Assembly: GCA_963668675.2 (NCBI GenBank)
Contig: CAXXMB010000002.1
Location: forward strand, 2,112,001 to 2,176,000
Reading direction: 5' to 3'
Length of the DNA: 64,000 nt
Source: an uncultured Desulfatitalea sp.
Lineage (GTDB): Bacteria > Desulfobacterota > Desulfobacteria > Desulfobacterales > Desulfosarcinaceae
The translations under genes and the position numbers were made by a program. The stretch's first letter is position 1; each line of letters starts with the position of its first letter. The notes under the pieces were generated by a model. The model saw nothing but the letters and a program-made list of their open reading frames with translations. It was not told the DNA's origin and did not search any database. This document shows, one piece after another, positions 61,452-64,000 of the stretch.

Positions 61452-62882
61452 TCAGGTTAATCGATCACGTCTTTCGTAGTAGTGGCAGAGTCTGGTCAGG
61501 GCCCGGGCCGCCCGGCCGAGCGAGGGAAATGCCGCATAGGAGGCCTGGCCGAATGCGGCGCGTATCGCGGCGCCGGCGGCGGCCAATTCGGTGTCGCCGC
61601 CTTCCGAGTCTACAACAAAAATGATTGGTTTCCGACCTTGACGACCGTTGAGCATCGCAAGGGTCTCCTGTGTCAGGTCGGGCGCGTCGGGCATGTGAAA
61701 GGCGTTGCGTGCAATGAGCCGGTCGGCCACGATCATGGAGACCTTAGGTTCCTGCTCGGCCATATCGAGCAGTTGGCCCAGGCATTCGGTATCGGTGAAG
61801 ACCTGCCAAAGATCCAGCGGGTTGCCGGCGATGGAGCCGGCCGCCGGGACGATCTCCTTCAGGCGCTGCATGGTCCCATCGCTCAGTTGCGGAACTGAAA
61901 GACCCTCACGGATAAAGGTGTCGCCGTACATCACACTGGTGCCGCCACCGCCGCCGAGCAGGAAAATACCGTCTGAGCGTGGTGCGTCTACGAACGCCAA
62001 TGCCATGAGAGCGTCTACCCATCCATCCATGGTGCGTACCGGGATCATGTTGGTTTGACGAAAGACGGCCTGCCAGATAGCAGGGCTGCCGGCCATGGCG
62101 CCGGTGTGGGAGGCGGCTGTACGGGCGCCGGCATCGGTCTCGCCGCCCTTGAGGATCACGATGGGTTTGCGCAATCCGATGTTGCGGGCCAGCGTCAGCA
62201 GGCGGCTCCCTTCCGTGATGCCCTCCAGGTAGATGCCGATCACTTTGATCATCGGGTCGTTGCCGAAGGCTTCCAGAAAATCGAGGGCATCGAGTACGCT
62301 GCCGTTGCCGACGCTGACCGCCTTCTCCACACCCAGTCCCAGCGATGCGGCATACTCGGTCAACCGCTGGGTCATACCGCCCGATTGTGAAATGATCCCC
62401 AGGGGGCCGGGCAGGCCCGGAATGGCGCCCCAGGCGGTCAGGTGGGCGGCCGGTCGGTACGGTCCCATGCAGTTGGGGCCGATCATCAGCACATCGTGCT
62501 GCTCGCAGGCTGCGATCAGGCGCTGGGCCATCCTCTCCCCGTCTATACTGCCCAGTTCGTCGAATCCGGCGGTCAACAGATGGACGTGTCGCACCCCTTT
62601 GCGGGCGCAATCGGCGATCACGCCGGGGACGTGGGTTGCACCCACGGCGATCATGACCAGATCGGGCACTTCGGGCAGCGATGCCAAATCCGGCCACGCC
62701 TTCACGCCCAGAATCTGATCGGCTTTGGCGTTGACGGGATAGAGCCGCCCGGCATAGCCGGCATCCAGAAATTTTCGCATAAAGCTCAATCCGCCAAAGC
62801 GCCACCCCGAACGGGAAACACCGATCAGGGCAATGCTCCGTGGATTGAAGAATTTTTCCATATCAGCAGAAGTTAAGCGCAT
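61452..62882 (-). CDS. NDP-forming acyl-CoA synthetase alpha-like (CoA-binding) protein, no ATP-grasp domain
   Basis: FNPRSIALIG, YPVN, IGPNCMG, ISQSG, YLEG, ASHTGA (phospho-His), GNPLD. Confidence 0.9.
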   Translation of the reverse strand: MRLTSADMEKFFNPRSIALIGVSRSGWRFGGLSFMRKFLDAGYAGRLYPVNAKADQILGVKAWPDLASLPEVPDLVMIAVGATHVPGVIADCARKGVRHVHLLTAGFDELGSIDGERMAQRLIAACEQHDVLMIGPNCMGPYRPAAHLTAWGAIPGLPGPLGIISQSGGMTQRLTEYAASLGLGVEKAVSVGNGSVLDALDFLEAFGNDPMIKVIGIYLEGITEGSRLLTLARNIGLRKPIVILKGGETDAGARTAASHTGAMAGSPAIWQAVFRQTNMIPVRTMDGWVDALMALAFVDAPRSDGIFLLGGGGGTSVMYGDTFIREGLSVPQLSDGTMQRLKEIVPAAGSIAGNPLDLWQVFTDTECLGQLLDMAEQEPKVSMIVADRLIARNAFHMPDAPDLTQETLAMLNGRQGRKPIIFVVDSEGGDTELAAAGAAIRAAFGQASYAAFPSLGRAARALTRLCHYYERRDRLT

Positions 62883-63274
62883 GTTTATTTTCGCTCCCTT
62901 TTCGAAATGCAATATGAAATAGAGAAATAGCTAACGATTTTGAGTACCAAAGCGTATAGAAGCTTATTTATGCGGCGTGGGTTTAGCAAGCAAAAAGGCA
63001 GCAGAAGGCCGATATTCAAAAGCTTGGCAGACCGGCTAATACATTGACTCTTCTGAAGATCATGGTAAATTGGCCTGAATCATATACACTGCACGAATGC
63101 GCTCTGCATCTGAATTCAGCCAATACAGTTTAGAAAAGGAACCCTTTATATCCTTGCCCGGCATGTCCAGATGCATGATTATTGGCATATGTATGGAATG
63201 GAAGAGCTTTGGTTGACCAAAGACGCTTACCTTACACCGTTGGATTAGAATCCGACTCAGAATGGAAGAGTGCG

Positions 63275-63763
63275 ATGGCAAACGATTTGAGCGATAGTGC
63301 AAAGCGTGTACAGGACTACCTCGTAAAGAGGGGGTTCTCCTTTCAGGTGAAGGAGCTGGCCGGTTCAACCCGGACGGCACAGGATGCTGCGGAGCGTGTT
63401 GGGTGCGACGTGGGCCAAATCGCAAAATCCCTCATCTTTAAAGAGAAGAAGAGCGGACGGTTGATTCTGGTCATTGCATCGGGTGCCAACCGCGTCGATG
63501 TGAAGAAAATAGAACAGAGCACAGGGTTAAAACTGGGCATGGCGGATGGCAAGTATGTGAAGGAGAAAGTTGGCTTTGCCATCGGAGGGGTGCCGCCCGC
63601 CGGCCACAATGAACCCCTGGAGACCCTGTTGGATCCGGACCTGAAAAAGCATGAAGAGATCTGGGCTGCCGCAGGAACGCCGTCTTCCCTTTTTCGGCTG
63701 AAGCCCGATGATCTGGAACCGCTGACAAACGGTCGATGGGTGGATTGTTCGGAGCAGGGGTAG
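63275..63763 (+). CDS. YbaK/EbsC-family aminoacyl-tRNA deacylase-like protein
   Basis: TRTAQDAA, QIAKSLIF, SG.NRVD, GFAIGGVPP.GH, WAAAGTP. Confidence 0.93.
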   Translation: MANDLSDSAKRVQDYLVKRGFSFQVKELAGSTRTAQDAAERVGCDVGQIAKSLIFKEKKSGRLILVIASGANRVDVKKIEQSTGLKLGMADGKYVKEKVGFAIGGVPPAGHNEPLETLLDPDLKKHEEIWAAAGTPSSLFRLKPDDLEPLTNGRWVDCSEQG

Positions 63764-63880
63764 GTGCTTGACCTCGATCATGCCGCCAGGACAGCTGACA
63801 AACGCATATACTAAAGCGTTTTTGAGCAGGATTCGATTGAAAAATGAACGGGCCAACAATGGAATGTCTTCAACCCGCTC
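63758..63880 (-). pseudogene. Internally deleted remnant of a sigma54-dependent (NtrC-type) activator
   Basis: ERVEDIPLLARSF joined directly to LKNALVYAFVSC...I...HLP; the WPGNVRE segment is missing. Confidence 0.65.
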
Positions 63881-64000
63881 CACCACCGCCTCTTCCAATG
63901 ACGTATGGGGCTGTCCCGCGGCCTCCGGCGTCATGGGTGGCTTTGGCCACCATCTCCTTTCCGCTTTTTACGGTGTCCCTTTTTGAACATGGCACACCAA

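Overview
GC-rich bacterial chromosome segment, most likely from a Desulfobacterota / Desulfobacterales-like anaerobe (inferred from gene content, not proven). It contains the replication-origin region, about 55 CDSs, and no rRNA, tRNA or CRISPR that I could detect. Left arm: accessory metabolism (acyl-CoA dehydrogenase unit, ThDP enzyme + DUF3786 + aldehyde dehydrogenase, SLC13 transporter, typA, an ACP-KS-KS-like trio, pepD, Na+-decarboxylase gamma/beta subunits, a rubredoxin-DUF2231 fusion), interspersed with MITE/REP-type repeats. Centre: a perfect parS site, mnmE-jag-yidC-yidD-rnpA-rpmH, rng with a TIGR03960-type radical SAM gene, a DegQ-like protease, asnS, an archaeal-type thymidylate synthase, gyrB and dnaN. 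Directly upstream of dnaN is an oriC-like element (DnaA-trio-like run, tandem boxes, IHF consensus) whose DnaA boxes are all non-canonical. dnaA is absent from the window; its usual position is held by a split RdgC-like gene pair. Right arm: a long KamA-like radical SAM gene coupled to an EndoQ-UvrD fusion, a HEAT protein, leuCD, ilvBN-pcaD-maeB, an orphan lpxA at a truncation junction with an acyl-CoA ligase, terC, a CoA-ligase alpha chain, ybaK and a sigma54-activator remnant. All family assignments come from motif recognition by eye; no database searches were run.
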